Origin: Candidatus Micrarchaeota archaeon | GTDB taxonomy: Archaea; Micrarchaeota; Micrarchaeia; Micrarchaeales; CABMGC01 | NCBI GenBank assembly: GCA_021850805.1 | Contig: JAJZKO010000001.1 | Coordinates: 45,885 to 109,884 of the forward strand | Direction: 5' to 3' | Length of the DNA: 64,000 nt | Part shown: piece by piece, positions 40,371 through 50,285 of the stretch | Position numbering within the stretch: position 1 is the stretch's first letter | Layout: each line of letters begins with the position of its first letter | Position numbers and translations under genes: made by a program | Notes under the pieces: model-generated | Told to the model about the DNA's origin: nothing | The model's database searches: none | What the model saw: only the letters and a program-made list of their open reading frames with translations

Positions 40371-41105
40371 TCAACTCTTTAGCTCAAGGTACCCCATAGA
40401 GACCATCTTGTCCAGTATCTGCTCCACCCTTGATGGCGGAACCGTATATGCCTTTGAGAACTCGTTTATATCTATCGAACTGCCATGCACCTGTATCCAG
40501 TCCTGTATGGATGCCATTAGGGATTCGTCCGAGTATTTCTTGAGGCTGCTTAGCTGGTCCTTGAGCGCCTTGTTTTCCTCGTTTAGGGCTGCGCTCTGTA
40601 TTGTAAGGTTCCTGTTTGACGCGGAGAGCTCTATGTTCAGGCGCTTTATCTCCTTGTATTCGGATAGAAGCGCATCGTATTTGTTGAATATGGAACTATA
40701 GCTCTGCGAGAGAGAGGAAATCATGTTATCTATCACTGAATCAACATACTGGAAGAATGTTCCCTCCTGTATCTTAAAGTCGGAGTATATCATTGAAAGA
40801 AGCGAAGCCGTATTCTTTATCACAGTCGCCTTTCGCAGGTTCTCGCTGGTGTCCTGCGGGACTGAGAAGGTTATGCGCAGTTTGCCCTGCGATATCTTTA
40901 TGATATAGAATAGGTAAGGCTTCTTGTTTATGTTCCTGCTCTCGACATTGACTAGCGTTATCTCATTGCCGTCGAATGTTATTGAGTAGTATGGTATAGA
41001 CTTTATCTTTGGCAATATCGCATCTAGGCTTGTAGAAACAGTTCCGTCAAACTCAATCTCTTCCACGCGCGGTAGTGGAGGTGCTTCATCGGGCAAGTAT
41101 ACCAC
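40371..41105 (-). CDS. Coiled-coil protein with C-terminal winged-helix-like domain
   Basis: Heptad stretch, then IDINEFSKAYTVPPSRVEQILDKMVSMGYL. Confidence 0.65.
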   Translation of the reverse strand: MVYLPDEAPPLPRVEEIEFDGTVSTSLDAILPKIKSIPYYSITFDGNEITLVNVESRNINKKPYLFYIIKISQGKLRITFSVPQDTSENLRKATVIKNTASLLSMIYSDFKIQEGTFFQYVDSVIDNMISSLSQSYSSIFNKYDALLSEYKEIKRLNIELSASNRNLTIQSAALNEENKALKDQLSSLKKYSDESLMASIQDWIQVHGSSIDINEFSKAYTVPPSRVEQILDKMVSMGYLELKS

Positions 41106-41123
41106 TATAACTTAACAATAGGT

Positions 41124-41549
41124 TTATTTATTATTTTGCAATTTGCCCCATTTCTGCGGCTTGGTGGATACTGACGCGCCAGTATCGATACCGTGCTGTA
41201 TTTCTAGCTCCAGGCGTGGTATGTAGCTCAGCAGTGAGAGGGCATAGAGGAAGACAAGTACGCCTATCGCAGCCAGGACTGACCCTACAGATGGGGTAGA
41301 GATTATAAGCAATATTGCGAAGATTAAGCCTATCCCTATATAGAGGCTGAGCCTTGAGGTGTATCTGCGCCTCTCCTTGGCGTATTTAGGATAGCATTCC
41401 TTGCACACCACCAGTTCATTGTTGCTTGCGTTCTTTGTTATGTTTGTCTTGAACCATCTTATTGCGAATATGACATGATCCTCGTGCACGGCTATGCCTT
41501 TCTTGGGCTTTCCGCATACAATGCACATCGATACTTTCTTGCCCTTCAT
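41124..41549 (-). CDS. Zn-ribbon membrane protein
   Basis: CIVC...CKEC followed by two TM helices. Confidence 0.65.
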   Translation of the reverse strand: MKGKKVSMCIVCGKPKKGIAVHEDHVIFAIRWFKTNITKNASNNELVVCKECYPKYAKERRRYTSRLSLYIGIGLIFAILLIISTPSVGSVLAAIGVLVFLYALSLLSYIPRLELEIQHGIDTGASVSTKPQKWGKLQNNK

Positions 41550-41553
41550 GTTC

Positions 41554-41853
41554 TCACATATCCACACTGAGTTCGACAACCTTGCCGAATGTCGATTTTA
41601 TTTTCTCTTCGTCCAGAGTATTGAATATGGAGGTTATCGATACGTCGTCTATTCCGATTCGCCTTAGGATATTTTCTATGTCCTTTCTCTTGGCGCCCGA
41701 TTTCTGGAGCATGCCTGCGAATGCAACGGCATTTACATGCCTGTGCATCCTGTTGAGTGAGGCGAATAAGGATTCAGCATTCTTCTCGCTGATGCCCGCT
41801 ACTGCCATTGCCCTCTTCAGGTTTATGCGCTTTATCGTGAATGTCGATGCCAA
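41554..41853 (-). CDS. Small helical protein paralogous to the C-terminal domain of the upstream ATPase
   Basis: Ungapped similarity LFASL/LFAAL and LRRIGIDD/MRSIGLPD. Confidence 0.7.
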   Translation of the reverse strand: MASTFTIKRINLKRAMAVAGISEKNAESLFASLNRMHRHVNAVAFAGMLQKSGAKRKDIENILRRIGIDDVSITSIFNTLDEEKIKSTFGKVVELSVDM

Positions 41854-41863
41854 CTAATGCCAC

Positions 41864-43366
41864 CTATTTTATTATAAGAGCCCTGCTTATTATTGTATCC
41901 GGGAGGCCTATGCTCCTCATGAATATCAGTATGGTCTCCTTGTTTACATTTTCTTTGAGGAAGATCTGCACGAGTGTGCGCATATCGACTATCCTATTCT
42001 TCGAGTCGAGCGCCGCGAATAACTTTGTGATGGTGTCTGAAGCTAGATTCATCTGGACGAACCTTGAGTTGAGGTCTATCTTCTCGAATGAGTAATCCCT
42101 CAGTATGCTCTTGTCGGCAAGCTCATTGTCATTGAGTATGTCGGCAACAGTCAGAGTATATACGTCAAGAGGTATCTCGCCGACTATCCTGTCTAGCACG
42201 AAGACGTTTGGGAATTGGACGGATGTCTGGAAGGACATGTCTATCGCAGCCTGGCCCACGCCGAACTTGCTTATCTCGGATCTCATGAAATTGGAGAAGT
42301 TGAGTGATCCCTGAAGATAGCTTATGAACTTCTCGAACCTTACACGCAGCATTATGGTAGTACCAACATTGGAGAATATCGTTTCATTGACATCGGTAGG
42401 GTTCTGCGATGCGACTATAAGCCCGAACTGGTATTTTCTCCCCTCCCTTATTATGGTTATGGCGTCGCTTCTTTCGTCGCTTGCTATCTTCCATGCCTCA
42501 TCAAGAACAACGAGCGCCTTTATGCCTTTTGATGCGCTCCATCCCTCTACGCGCATCTTCTCCTTCAGTGTCTGGAGTATGAAAAGGGCGGCCAATGCCC
42601 TGAACTTCTCGTCAGGAAGGCCTGAGAGGTCGAGGTCAACAAGACCTGAGCTCGAGAGCTTGCCTATGTCTATGGTGCTCTTTCTTGCGAAGTAGTCTTC
42701 ACCTTCCCTTGAGAACTGCCTTAGCCGGTATATGGCATTCTCAAGCTCCGCGGGATACTGGTATGTGCCCTCCTGAAGCTTCTCCTCAAGCAGTTTCGTC
42801 ACGTCCTTCAGCGTAGGAGCGTCCCTGTTTGGATCAGGAGTGGACGCCATGGCGAAGCCGAAATTCACATACGCCTGTTCTATAGCCTCTACAGTTAGCC
42901 TGCGCTGTTCTGGAAAGTCAGTTATGTCAGTAAGTATATCCAGGGCATTCGAGATCTGCTTCGCCCTGTCAAGTGGCTTCATGCCTGAGAGGTCGAGTAT
43001 GTTTATATAGTCCCCTTTGCCAAGGGATACCACCGTACCGCCGCTCTGCTTCACCCATCCCTTGTACTCCCCGGCCCAGTCTATGATTATCGCGTTGGTA
43101 TTCCATACGTAGCTGGCGCGCAGGAGGAATGTCTTCACAAAGAAGCTCTTACCCGATCCTGTTATCCCGACTACCGCTATATGAGGGTTCGTTACGTTTG
43201 CGTATGTCCAGGTGAACGGAACTCCGAATAGCTTGGTTATGCCTATGAATATCGAATCAGTAGGGTCATTCAGGAGGAACTCGTGCGGTGGTTCCGGAGG
43301 CCGGCTCAGGAATGCCCTCTTTGAGAGCTCATTTGACATCATATTCTGTATCTTCAGCAGCGTCAT
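41864..43366 (-). CDS. VirB4/HerA-FtsK superfamily ATPase (CedB/TraC-like)
   Basis: NPHIAVVGITGSGKS Walker A, IIDWAGEY, VVLDEAW Walker B, REGRKYQFGLIVASQ. Confidence 0.88.
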   Translation of the reverse strand: MTLLKIQNMMSNELSKRAFLSRPPEPPHEFLLNDPTDSIFIGITKLFGVPFTWTYANVTNPHIAVVGITGSGKSFFVKTFLLRASYVWNTNAIIIDWAGEYKGWVKQSGGTVVSLGKGDYINILDLSGMKPLDRAKQISNALDILTDITDFPEQRRLTVEAIEQAYVNFGFAMASTPDPNRDAPTLKDVTKLLEEKLQEGTYQYPAELENAIYRLRQFSREGEDYFARKSTIDIGKLSSSGLVDLDLSGLPDEKFRALAALFILQTLKEKMRVEGWSASKGIKALVVLDEAWKIASDERSDAITIIREGRKYQFGLIVASQNPTDVNETIFSNVGTTIMLRVRFEKFISYLQGSLNFSNFMRSEISKFGVGQAAIDMSFQTSVQFPNVFVLDRIVGEIPLDVYTLTVADILNDNELADKSILRDYSFEKIDLNSRFVQMNLASDTITKLFAALDSKNRIVDMRTLVQIFLKENVNKETILIFMRSIGLPDTIISRALIIK

Positions 43367-43404
43367 GCAGTCATGCCATTTTATTTATCATGTAACAAAT
43401 ATAA

Positions 43405-44238
43405 CTACTTCTGCTTCTGGAACATGGAATCGAAATCTTTTCCAGAAGGAAGGGAATAGTTCATTTTGTAGAGCATCTGCAGCTCCCTGCCCGATATCCT
43501 AGACATGCTAAGGTCGAATACATTCATAACCGTCTGGAGCTGGGCTATCTGGTTGCTCAGTAAATCGAGCGTCTCCTTCTCGCTTATCCCTACAGCAGTA
43601 GTCTCCACATACATGAGAGTGTTTATCGGCTTTTCCCCGTTCCCCAGGCGCTCTATTCGCATCTGGGTTATGTTTATCTTTCTCTGCAGCTCATTTATGG
43701 TCATAGTGCTTGGATTTGAGGAGTTCATCTCCCTTGCCAGCTGGAACTCTAGAAGACCACGCCTTGATTCTACTTCGTCCCTGTACGCCTGTATGTCTAG
43801 GGCTGTGCTTATTACATTGAATTTGAATGGGAAGTTTATGCTCATTATTGCTCTCTCCCACCTGTCCGTTGCGGTGGCAATCTCAGTCTCCTCGTTTGCA
43901 CCCTGATTCTGTGCGGTGAATACATACTTGTACAGATTTGCTGTTATGTAGCCTGTCGCGTAGTAAAGCCCATTTGTGTACTTGATTATGGCAGTCTCAT
44001 TCTTTGGTATTATGTAGCCTTTTCCGGGTATAACTGATATGCCGAATATTGTGGTGAAGAGAGGAAATGCTATGAAATCCGCATAGTTTATCATGAGTAT
44101 CGCAACTATTGCCAGTAGCGCGAATATAACCACAGGTACGACGAACGGGCCGAAGATGCTTGCGTTTGCATTTACAAGAACTAGGAACGCGACTAATATC
44201 GTAGTTGCAAGATACATCATTTCTTCCTGGTCTACCAT
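43405..44238 (-). CDS. Membrane-anchored protein, paralog of 44250..45092 (VirB3/VirB4-N-like)
   Basis: 2 N-terminal TMs plus alpha/beta domain with coiled coil; directly upstream of the ATPase. Confidence 0.6.
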   Translation of the reverse strand: MVDQEEMMYLATTILVAFLVLVNANASIFGPFVVPVVIFALLAIVAILMINYADFIAFPLFTTIFGISVIPGKGYIIPKNETAIIKYTNGLYYATGYITANLYKYVFTAQNQGANEETEIATATDRWERAIMSINFPFKFNVISTALDIQAYRDEVESRRGLLEFQLAREMNSSNPSTMTINELQRKINITQMRIERLGNGEKPINTLMYVETTAVGISEKETLDLLSNQIAQLQTVMNVFDLSMSRISGRELQMLYKMNYSLPSGKDFDSMFQKQK

Positions 44239-44249
44239 ACAATCTCCAC

Positions 44250-45092
44250 CTACATGCCCTCTTCCATAGTCTTCTGCCTTATCCTCTCGCTTATCGTTGC
44301 CGTCGGTATCATATAATCAGGCTCTATAAGCGTGAGCAGCTCCGTTCCTGAGACTAGATCCGTGCTTATGCCCAGTATTGCGCTTATCCCTGATGCTATC
44401 TCCTCGGCATCCTGCACTGCAATGTTTACGGCCTCCTCTTCCGTGCCTCCGGATCCTGTTACCATGGCGTACGCAAGGAGTGCTTTTGACTGTGACCTAT
44501 TCACGTTGTCCAGTAGGTTTCGCCACATGGTAACTTCCCCTCTTATCCTCTCTGCCATGTTCCTCGGTGTTGTCTTGTCATTCTCGCTTGCCGTGTACTT
44601 TTCTTCTGCCTGGTTGAGCTTCATTGTTATCTTGTTTATGTACTCATCTTTGTTTATAACGTAAAGCTGCGAAGATATTTTTACCGGGGTTTTTGATATA
44701 GAGGCAATGCGCCCGAAAAGGGATGAGAACTCAACTTTCTCTTCGTTTGTCATCTCAGTTGCCGATCTGTAGACAGGTATCTTCACGAAGGCGCTCGCAT
44801 ATACTGTGGATCCGTCCCTTGATATTATTGCGTTGCCGGATGGCGCAAGGATGAAGGGGTCGTCGCTGTTCAGCACCACTGTTCTTCCCTTCATCTTGAA
44901 GAGTTTCATCATGAAATATGTGTAATACCTGGTTGAGAATGCCGCTATGTCGAGCAGCAGGGCAACCAGTGTGAGTGCGAACCTTATTGCAAAGCCAACA
45001 TTTACCTCGAGCGGTACGATTACCAAGACAAGTGATACCAGGAAAAAAGCCATGAATAATATGCTTTTGTTATCAAAAGGCAAGTGGACCAC
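44250..45092 (-). CDS. Membrane-anchored protein, paralog of 43405..44238 (VirB3/VirB4-N-like)
   Basis: 2 N-terminal TMs; similar segments (PVKI/PFKF, GGTEEEA/GISEKET, SGTEL/SGREL). Confidence 0.6.
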   Translation of the reverse strand: MVHLPFDNKSILFMAFFLVSLVLVIVPLEVNVGFAIRFALTLVALLLDIAAFSTRYYTYFMMKLFKMKGRTVVLNSDDPFILAPSGNAIISRDGSTVYASAFVKIPVYRSATEMTNEEKVEFSSLFGRIASISKTPVKISSQLYVINKDEYINKITMKLNQAEEKYTASENDKTTPRNMAERIRGEVTMWRNLLDNVNRSQSKALLAYAMVTGSGGTEEEAVNIAVQDAEEIASGISAILGISTDLVSGTELLTLIEPDYMIPTATISERIRQKTMEEGM

Positions 45093-45206
45093 TTTGTGTT
45101 TTGTTATATTCCTTACTCATTTAACAGCTTATAAATATTATGCTGGCATGCTTGGGAGGGCGTATTAGGCATTGTGTAATGTCTTGGTTAGTTATTTAAA
45201 TGAGAA

Positions 45207-46655
45207 ATGGGTATTATTATTGATATGATGCTGTATTTCGCGCTGCTTGCATACGCACTGCTCTCATTCGGTTACATACCGGCATTGATACCTATATTGG
45301 TAATTCTTGTTCTCCTTGTTGCGGCAGGAGCCACTATGAGAGGCTACAGCATATTCAATCTCTTTGGGATTGCGACCCTTGCCGGGATAGGGACAGGGTC
45401 AAAGGGATCTCTTAGGGGCAAGGGTGCATTTAGCGTGCTTATGGTATTCTTCCCGCAGAAGTTTACCGTAACTGGGGGTTTATGGAATCCTGGAAACACT
45501 TATAACAAGATGAGGGGTTTGAAGAATGGGAAGAATGCCGCCATAAAAGGGGCTATGGCAAGAGCGGGAGTTGCTACTGTAAGGCAGCCTAGCGCATATT
45601 CTAGAAAGAAGGCACAGTTCATGAATGTGTTCGGGGTTAGGCATGTAAGAGCAGCGGGAAAAGCTACTGGAAGGGCCACAGTAAATGCGAAGAATGTGCT
45701 TGCCGCTACAAAAGCAGGAAAGGCGGCCGGGTATGTAGGCAGCAAGGCTAAGGGCTTATCTGACAGATCAGGAGCGACAATGATAGGTAAGCATGTATTT
45801 AGAATGGGTACCGCCATTACGCCTGCGGGCTTGATATTTGCGAAGGTAAGAGGCAGGGGCGGCAAAGCAAATATGGTGAATAGACTTGCATCGCAGACAA
45901 AGGCACATGATGAGAGCATCAAGAGGCTGGAGCGCATAAGGGACCAGCTTCCAAAAGGCGATCCGTCCAGAAGGCACATAGAGAGTGCGATTTCAAGCAT
46001 AAAGAGCCTGAAGGAGACTGGGACGTATAGCCCGCAAATAGCAGAGAGAGTGAGCGCCATAGAGAAGGCGCATAACACGCGCACGGGAAATGTAGATTAC
46101 TTAAGGCACACTTGGACAGGGCATAAGTTTGATAAGATGCCTTCAGCGAGAGAGAATGGGGTTAAGAAGGGCACGACTATAAAGGTAAGGGTTCCGTTTA
46201 AGAGCGATAGGATTGACACTGGAATAACAAGGCCGGATGTGGCTCTAGACAGGAAGAGCTGGGTGCAGCGCAGAAGCGGCGAGGTATATGACAGGAGCAT
46301 AGCTAAGGATGCAGCAGCGGTTACAGTTTATGCAGAAGCACAGGCAAGGGAAAATCAGGTAGTCTCAAGGCTTAGGGCAGGTGGCATAAGTGAATCGCAG
46401 GCTAAGAAGGAGTTGGGCAGGATATACGATAATGTGAAAAAGGGAGTGCCTCTGGAAGGTGAGAATCTGTGGGGCAGGACAAAGAGGATTGTTTCCGATA
46501 CGGAGACTGTTAAAGGTGTAAGAGCAGCAGGCAGAGTGGTCAGATATGATATGGCAGCACCTGCAGCAAATAATATACCTGGAAGATTCAGGAGAAATTG
46601 GAAGACAGAGAATGATAGGGTGGAAGCCGCAAAAAGGAAGAAAGCTGGAAAATGA
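45207..46655 (+). CDS. Membrane-anchored, highly basic Lys/Arg/Gly/Ala-rich protein
   Basis: N-terminal TM hairpin, then about 400 aa rich in K/R. Confidence 0.7.
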   Translation: MGIIIDMMLYFALLAYALLSFGYIPALIPILVILVLLVAAGATMRGYSIFNLFGIATLAGIGTGSKGSLRGKGAFSVLMVFFPQKFTVTGGLWNPGNTYNKMRGLKNGKNAAIKGAMARAGVATVRQPSAYSRKKAQFMNVFGVRHVRAAGKATGRATVNAKNVLAATKAGKAAGYVGSKAKGLSDRSGATMIGKHVFRMGTAITPAGLIFAKVRGRGGKANMVNRLASQTKAHDESIKRLERIRDQLPKGDPSRRHIESAISSIKSLKETGTYSPQIAERVSAIEKAHNTRTGNVDYLRHTWTGHKFDKMPSARENGVKKGTTIKVRVPFKSDRIDTGITRPDVALDRKSWVQRRSGEVYDRSIAKDAAAVTVYAEAQARENQVVSRLRAGGISESQAKKELGRIYDNVKKGVPLEGENLWGRTKRIVSDTETVKGVRAAGRVVRYDMAAPAANNIPGRFRRNWKTENDRVEAAKRKKAGK

Positions 46656-46802
46656 TACGGCAGTGACGCTGATACTAAAGAGAGTTTACGCGATAAATAG
46701 GATAGAGCAGATAGATTGAAGAAGAAACTGGATGGCGAAAGCAGTTAGAGTGCAATCTAGCGTACAAGAACTCAGATTTCAATGCCTTAGGAATGTGATT
46801 AG

Positions 46803-47462
46803 TTGGATGCGGTTTACGCAAAAGGCAGGAGAGGGTTCATCCCTGATGAGATATACAATAAGCAGGTTAGGCCCAATATGGTTATCTCATGCGGGGATGC
46901 GATAGTTATTACATACAACGGCATTTTGCTTGGAAAGAGGCTAAATCCGCCGATGCAAGGCGAGTACTGGTTCCCGGGAGGGAGGCTGCATAAGGGCGAG
47001 GGACTGGAGGAATCAATTATAAAAAATGTTAAAAGCGAGACAGGTTTGGCGGTTGAAGTTGTCAAAGGGATGTTTCCAGTAATTGGAGATACCATATTTG
47101 CAGTAGGCGAGGACAGGCATTCCCTAAATACGACCCTTATAGTAAGGCATGTTGGGGGTGTGCCAGATCTTAGAAAGGATATAGAAGCTCCGAGATTCAT
47201 AAACAGCATCGAGGCTGACCTTCACCCTTATGTAAAAGAGATCCTGAGAAGAAGCGGTGTCTTCCATCCGGATGTAAAAGAGGTTCTTTGGAGCGGCGGC
47301 AGCGAGGTGCTGCAGAACCACCAGATACCAGGGATAGTACGGTATGATGAGACTGATCCGAAAGTAGCTCTGATGCAGATTGCAAGGCTTAGGGAATCAT
47401 ACCCTGACGCTGCGCAGCATGAGCTTGATAGGTTAAAGATTGCTTCTGAACTGCGCGAATGA
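46803..47462 (+). CDS. Nudix hydrolase
   Basis: WFPGGRLHKGEGLEESIIKNVKSETGL (degenerate Nudix box). Confidence 0.78.
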   Translation: MDAVYAKGRRGFIPDEIYNKQVRPNMVISCGDAIVITYNGILLGKRLNPPMQGEYWFPGGRLHKGEGLEESIIKNVKSETGLAVEVVKGMFPVIGDTIFAVGEDRHSLNTTLIVRHVGGVPDLRKDIEAPRFINSIEADLHPYVKEILRRSGVFHPDVKEVLWSGGSEVLQNHQIPGIVRYDETDPKVALMQIARLRESYPDAAQHELDRLKIASELRE

Positions 47463-47566
47463 TCCGCTCTGCAATTGGATATAGACTATGCATCCAAGTT
47501 CTCCTGTTTCCAATCAAGGTTTTGTGCTGCCTGTACTGGGTAGGTTTGCTTTACTGCGCCGTGCCG

Positions 47567-49097
47567 TTACGGAGAGAATATTGCCGGGCTTTCCTCATGT
47601 AATGTACCTTCCTGCTGTCCTCCTGCTTTCCTCGTGGCGGATCTGAGGGATGCGCTTATATCAAAGACATGCCGCACATACTCGCCCATAAATGCATCCG
47701 TGTCCACGCCAAGCTTATCCAGTTCCTGCATCAGCTCTGGATATTTGGATTTATACTCGCCGTTTACGAAAGCGATAAATTTCTCGTATGCACTTGGCTC
47801 TGATGTGCCTGTTCCATACTTACCAGGAACCTGCTCGTGGAGTTCGTGCAGCTCCATGAGCTTCTCGTGCAGCTCGTTGCTGTGGCTCCTTACCGCATTG
47901 CCAATGTTTATGGTGCTGACTTTTATCCTGCCACCAGTTGAGCTTGAGAGGTTATGGAAGAGCTGATTGGAATTTAGGAGCAGATCTTCTATAGCGGCAA
48001 GCTCCTCTTTAGGAAGCGCATTCTTAAACTTATCCGTAAATGTATGGACTACAGCGAATAGCAGCAGGTTGGATTCGTTTGCCTTGCTTATCGTATCTGA
48101 CATGCCAGGATCAGTAATCTTTATCCCTGCGTTTAGCTTGTTTTCAAGGTCTTTCACGCGCTTTGATACTTCTCCGTATAGCTCGTTGATTGTTTCGTGG
48201 TACTCTTTCTTAGCGGCTGAAAGCAGTGCGGCTCCGGCGGGTCCCGCTACTGATAATGTAGCCGGTTCATGTAAAACATCAGAAGTTACCCTAGGCATCT
48301 CAAGCGTAGGCTGATCAGTTGTCGCTGTGCCTGCAGGTGCCCTTGGCTGGGTTATCGATGCGGCATTGTCCCTCTGCTCGCTTATGTATGATCTGAGCAT
48401 CTCTTTTGCAGCCTCTATGCCCTCTCCCCGCGAGGACATCTTATTTGCGGCGCTATACGCATAGGCAAGGGTCTCGCGCGCCGCTATAAGATCAACAAGG
48501 GCGCCGCGCATACGTACAAAATCATTCTGAAGCAGCATTTCCTGTAGATGCTTTACCAGCCTTTCCTCGGTTTCCAGCTGTTTCTTGGTAGGCGCCCCTT
48601 TTGTAGATGCGTATGCGGCAGGGATATCTTCCCCTACCATCTTCTCAAGCTTCCTGAAACGCGCAAGCCTCTCTCTAAAGGCTTTGTTTTCGCCTATGTC
48701 CTTGAGGTCCTTGTCATTGATAAATCTTGACTCTGCTTTCAGCTCATTCTGGCTCTCAACCTTATTCTTCCCCACGCTGATAATTGCCATAACCTACTCG
48801 ACGATAGTCCAGATGGGCGAGATAATAGGTGGAATGGCAAGGACTTCAGGAAGGCTGAGGCTTGTAGTATAACCTAGATGCGACAAAACCCATAGAAGCT
48901 ATCTTTAAATATCAGAAAAAACAGAATAAATATTGCCTAAATTGGCTAAAGGTACCCTTATGAACTTCGCTTATATTATGCAACATCCGCTGCAACTCCA
49001 GCATGCGCTTCTCTGCCTGATTAAGTACAGAAGGTATGCTGTTTATTGCGTTGTTTTCTTTTCTTGCTACGCCAGTATGTGGTTTTGCGAATACCAT
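47567..49097 (-). pseudogene. Helical hypothetical gene interrupted by an inverted duplication
   Basis: ATG 49097 to 48963 (45 codons) joins in frame to 48730..47567 if 48731..48962 is removed, giving 432 aa. Confidence 0.6.
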
Positions 49098-49327
49098 AAG
49101 GGTACCTTTAGCCAATTTAGGCAATATTTATTCTGTTTTTTCTGATATTTAAAGATAGCTTCTATGGGTTTTGTCGCATCTAGGTTATACTACAAGCCTC
49201 AGCCTTCCTGAAGTCCTTGCCATTCCACCTATTATCTCGCCCATCTGGACTATCGTCGAGTAGGTTATGGCAATTATCAGCGTGGGGAAGAATAAGGTTG
49301 AGAGCCAGAATGAGCTGAAAGCAGAGT
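48730..49327. repeat. Perfect 233-bp inverted repeat (48730..48962 / 49095..49327) with 132-bp spacer
   Basis: Arms are reverse complements; produces mirrored ORFs 48912..49124(-) and 48933..49145(+). Confidence 0.95.
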
Positions 49328-50285
49328 TGGCCTCCTGGACGTCAAGCACGAGCGGAGAACTTGGGGAGATGGCGTTCTGCTGCGCGCCGTTGCCTGCGCT
49401 GTATTTGTTCACCGATGTGGTTATTGTGCTTAGTTGGCTTGTCAGAGAGGCCGAGGTGAAGTAGTATGCTATTGAAAAAAGGACAGGCATTATGAAATAG
49501 AAACCTATCGCAGCTGCCATCATCATTCCTCCGAAAGAGCGTGTTGGGAGGAGTGCCCTGAAGGCAATCCCTGGGATAAGGAAGACTGGTATTGCCGCAT
49601 ACATGAAGAATAAAATTATGTAGTATTGCACGTACAAGGATATCAGGGCATCTATCATTAGCCCTACCACAGTTGTCACAGGCCAGTAGAAGTTGACCAT
49701 TATCGGCACGGTGAGTATCTTTCCTATGTTGGTATAGCACTGCGGTTCAAGCGGGTCTAGTTCATTCGGAACGCAGACGGTAAGCCTGAAGCTCGCGTAG
49801 AATGCGTCTACTACAGCATCATTCAGCATAGGCACAACCAGATTCTGGGTGGCGTTTATTGTGGTGGATATGTAAGATAGGGATGCGTTATACGGGTCTA
49901 TTGGGCCTGTTATTGTTGCGGTAAATGCGCCGAAGAGGGTGGCTGCTATGAGAAGGAAGAATACTGCAATTATAGCAGTCGCTGTTGCCTCGTACATCTC
50001 ACCTATGGCGAATGTCCGCAGCCTCTCGTTCTTGAATATCATGGCTGTCATGAAAACTGCGGCAGCTATTGCAAAAGAGAGCATCATTACTACCAATACC
50101 ACTGGCGACCATTTGTTCCATGAGTTTATCACCTGCTGGTTTATGCTGCTGCAGTACCATGGAGCAGTTACCTTGACAAATCCGCTTGATGCGCAGTAGT
50201 TGAAGAGCGAAGCTGCATTTGAGGCTGATGCAGAGAGGAATATTCCGAATATTATGATCATTCCTAGTTTATTCATGGCAATCAT
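49185..50285 (-). CDS. CedA/VirB6-like polytopic membrane protein, paralog 6
   Basis: PGIAFRALLPTRSFGGMMMAAAIGFYFIMP shared motif. Confidence 0.65.
   Translation of the reverse strand: MIAMNKLGMIIIFGIFLSASASNAASLFNYCASSGFVKVTAPWYCSSINQQVINSWNKWSPVVLVVMMLSFAIAAAVFMTAMIFKNERLRTFAIGEMYEATATAIIAVFFLLIAATLFGAFTATITGPIDPYNASLSYISTTINATQNLVVPMLNDAVVDAFYASFRLTVCVPNELDPLEPQCYTNIGKILTVPIMVNFYWPVTTVVGLMIDALISLYVQYYIILFFMYAAIPVFLIPGIAFRALLPTRSFGGMMMAAAIGFYFIMPVLFSIAYYFTSASLTSQLSTITTSVNKYSAGNGAQQNAISPSSPLVLDVQEANSAFSSFWLSTLFFPTLIIAITYSTIVQMGEIIGGMARTSGRLRLVV

Noticed and set aside
46653..46748. Protein-like in-frame continuation past the stop of 45207..46655
   Set aside because: Short, contains another stop; insufficient evidence for read-through or recoding
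48731..48790. MAIISVGKNK start of ORF 47567..48790
   Set aside because: Lies in the duplicated arm (antisense of paralog 6); the likely true start is 49097
48585..48872. ORF ending with the same C-terminus as paralog 6
   Set aside because: Product of the inverted duplication, not a seventh paralog
48912..49145. Mirror ORFs MPKLAKGTLM...QYLFCFF on both strands, and a possible MITE/IS
   Set aside because: Created by the inverted arms, which copy local gene sequence; no transposase or target-site duplication seen
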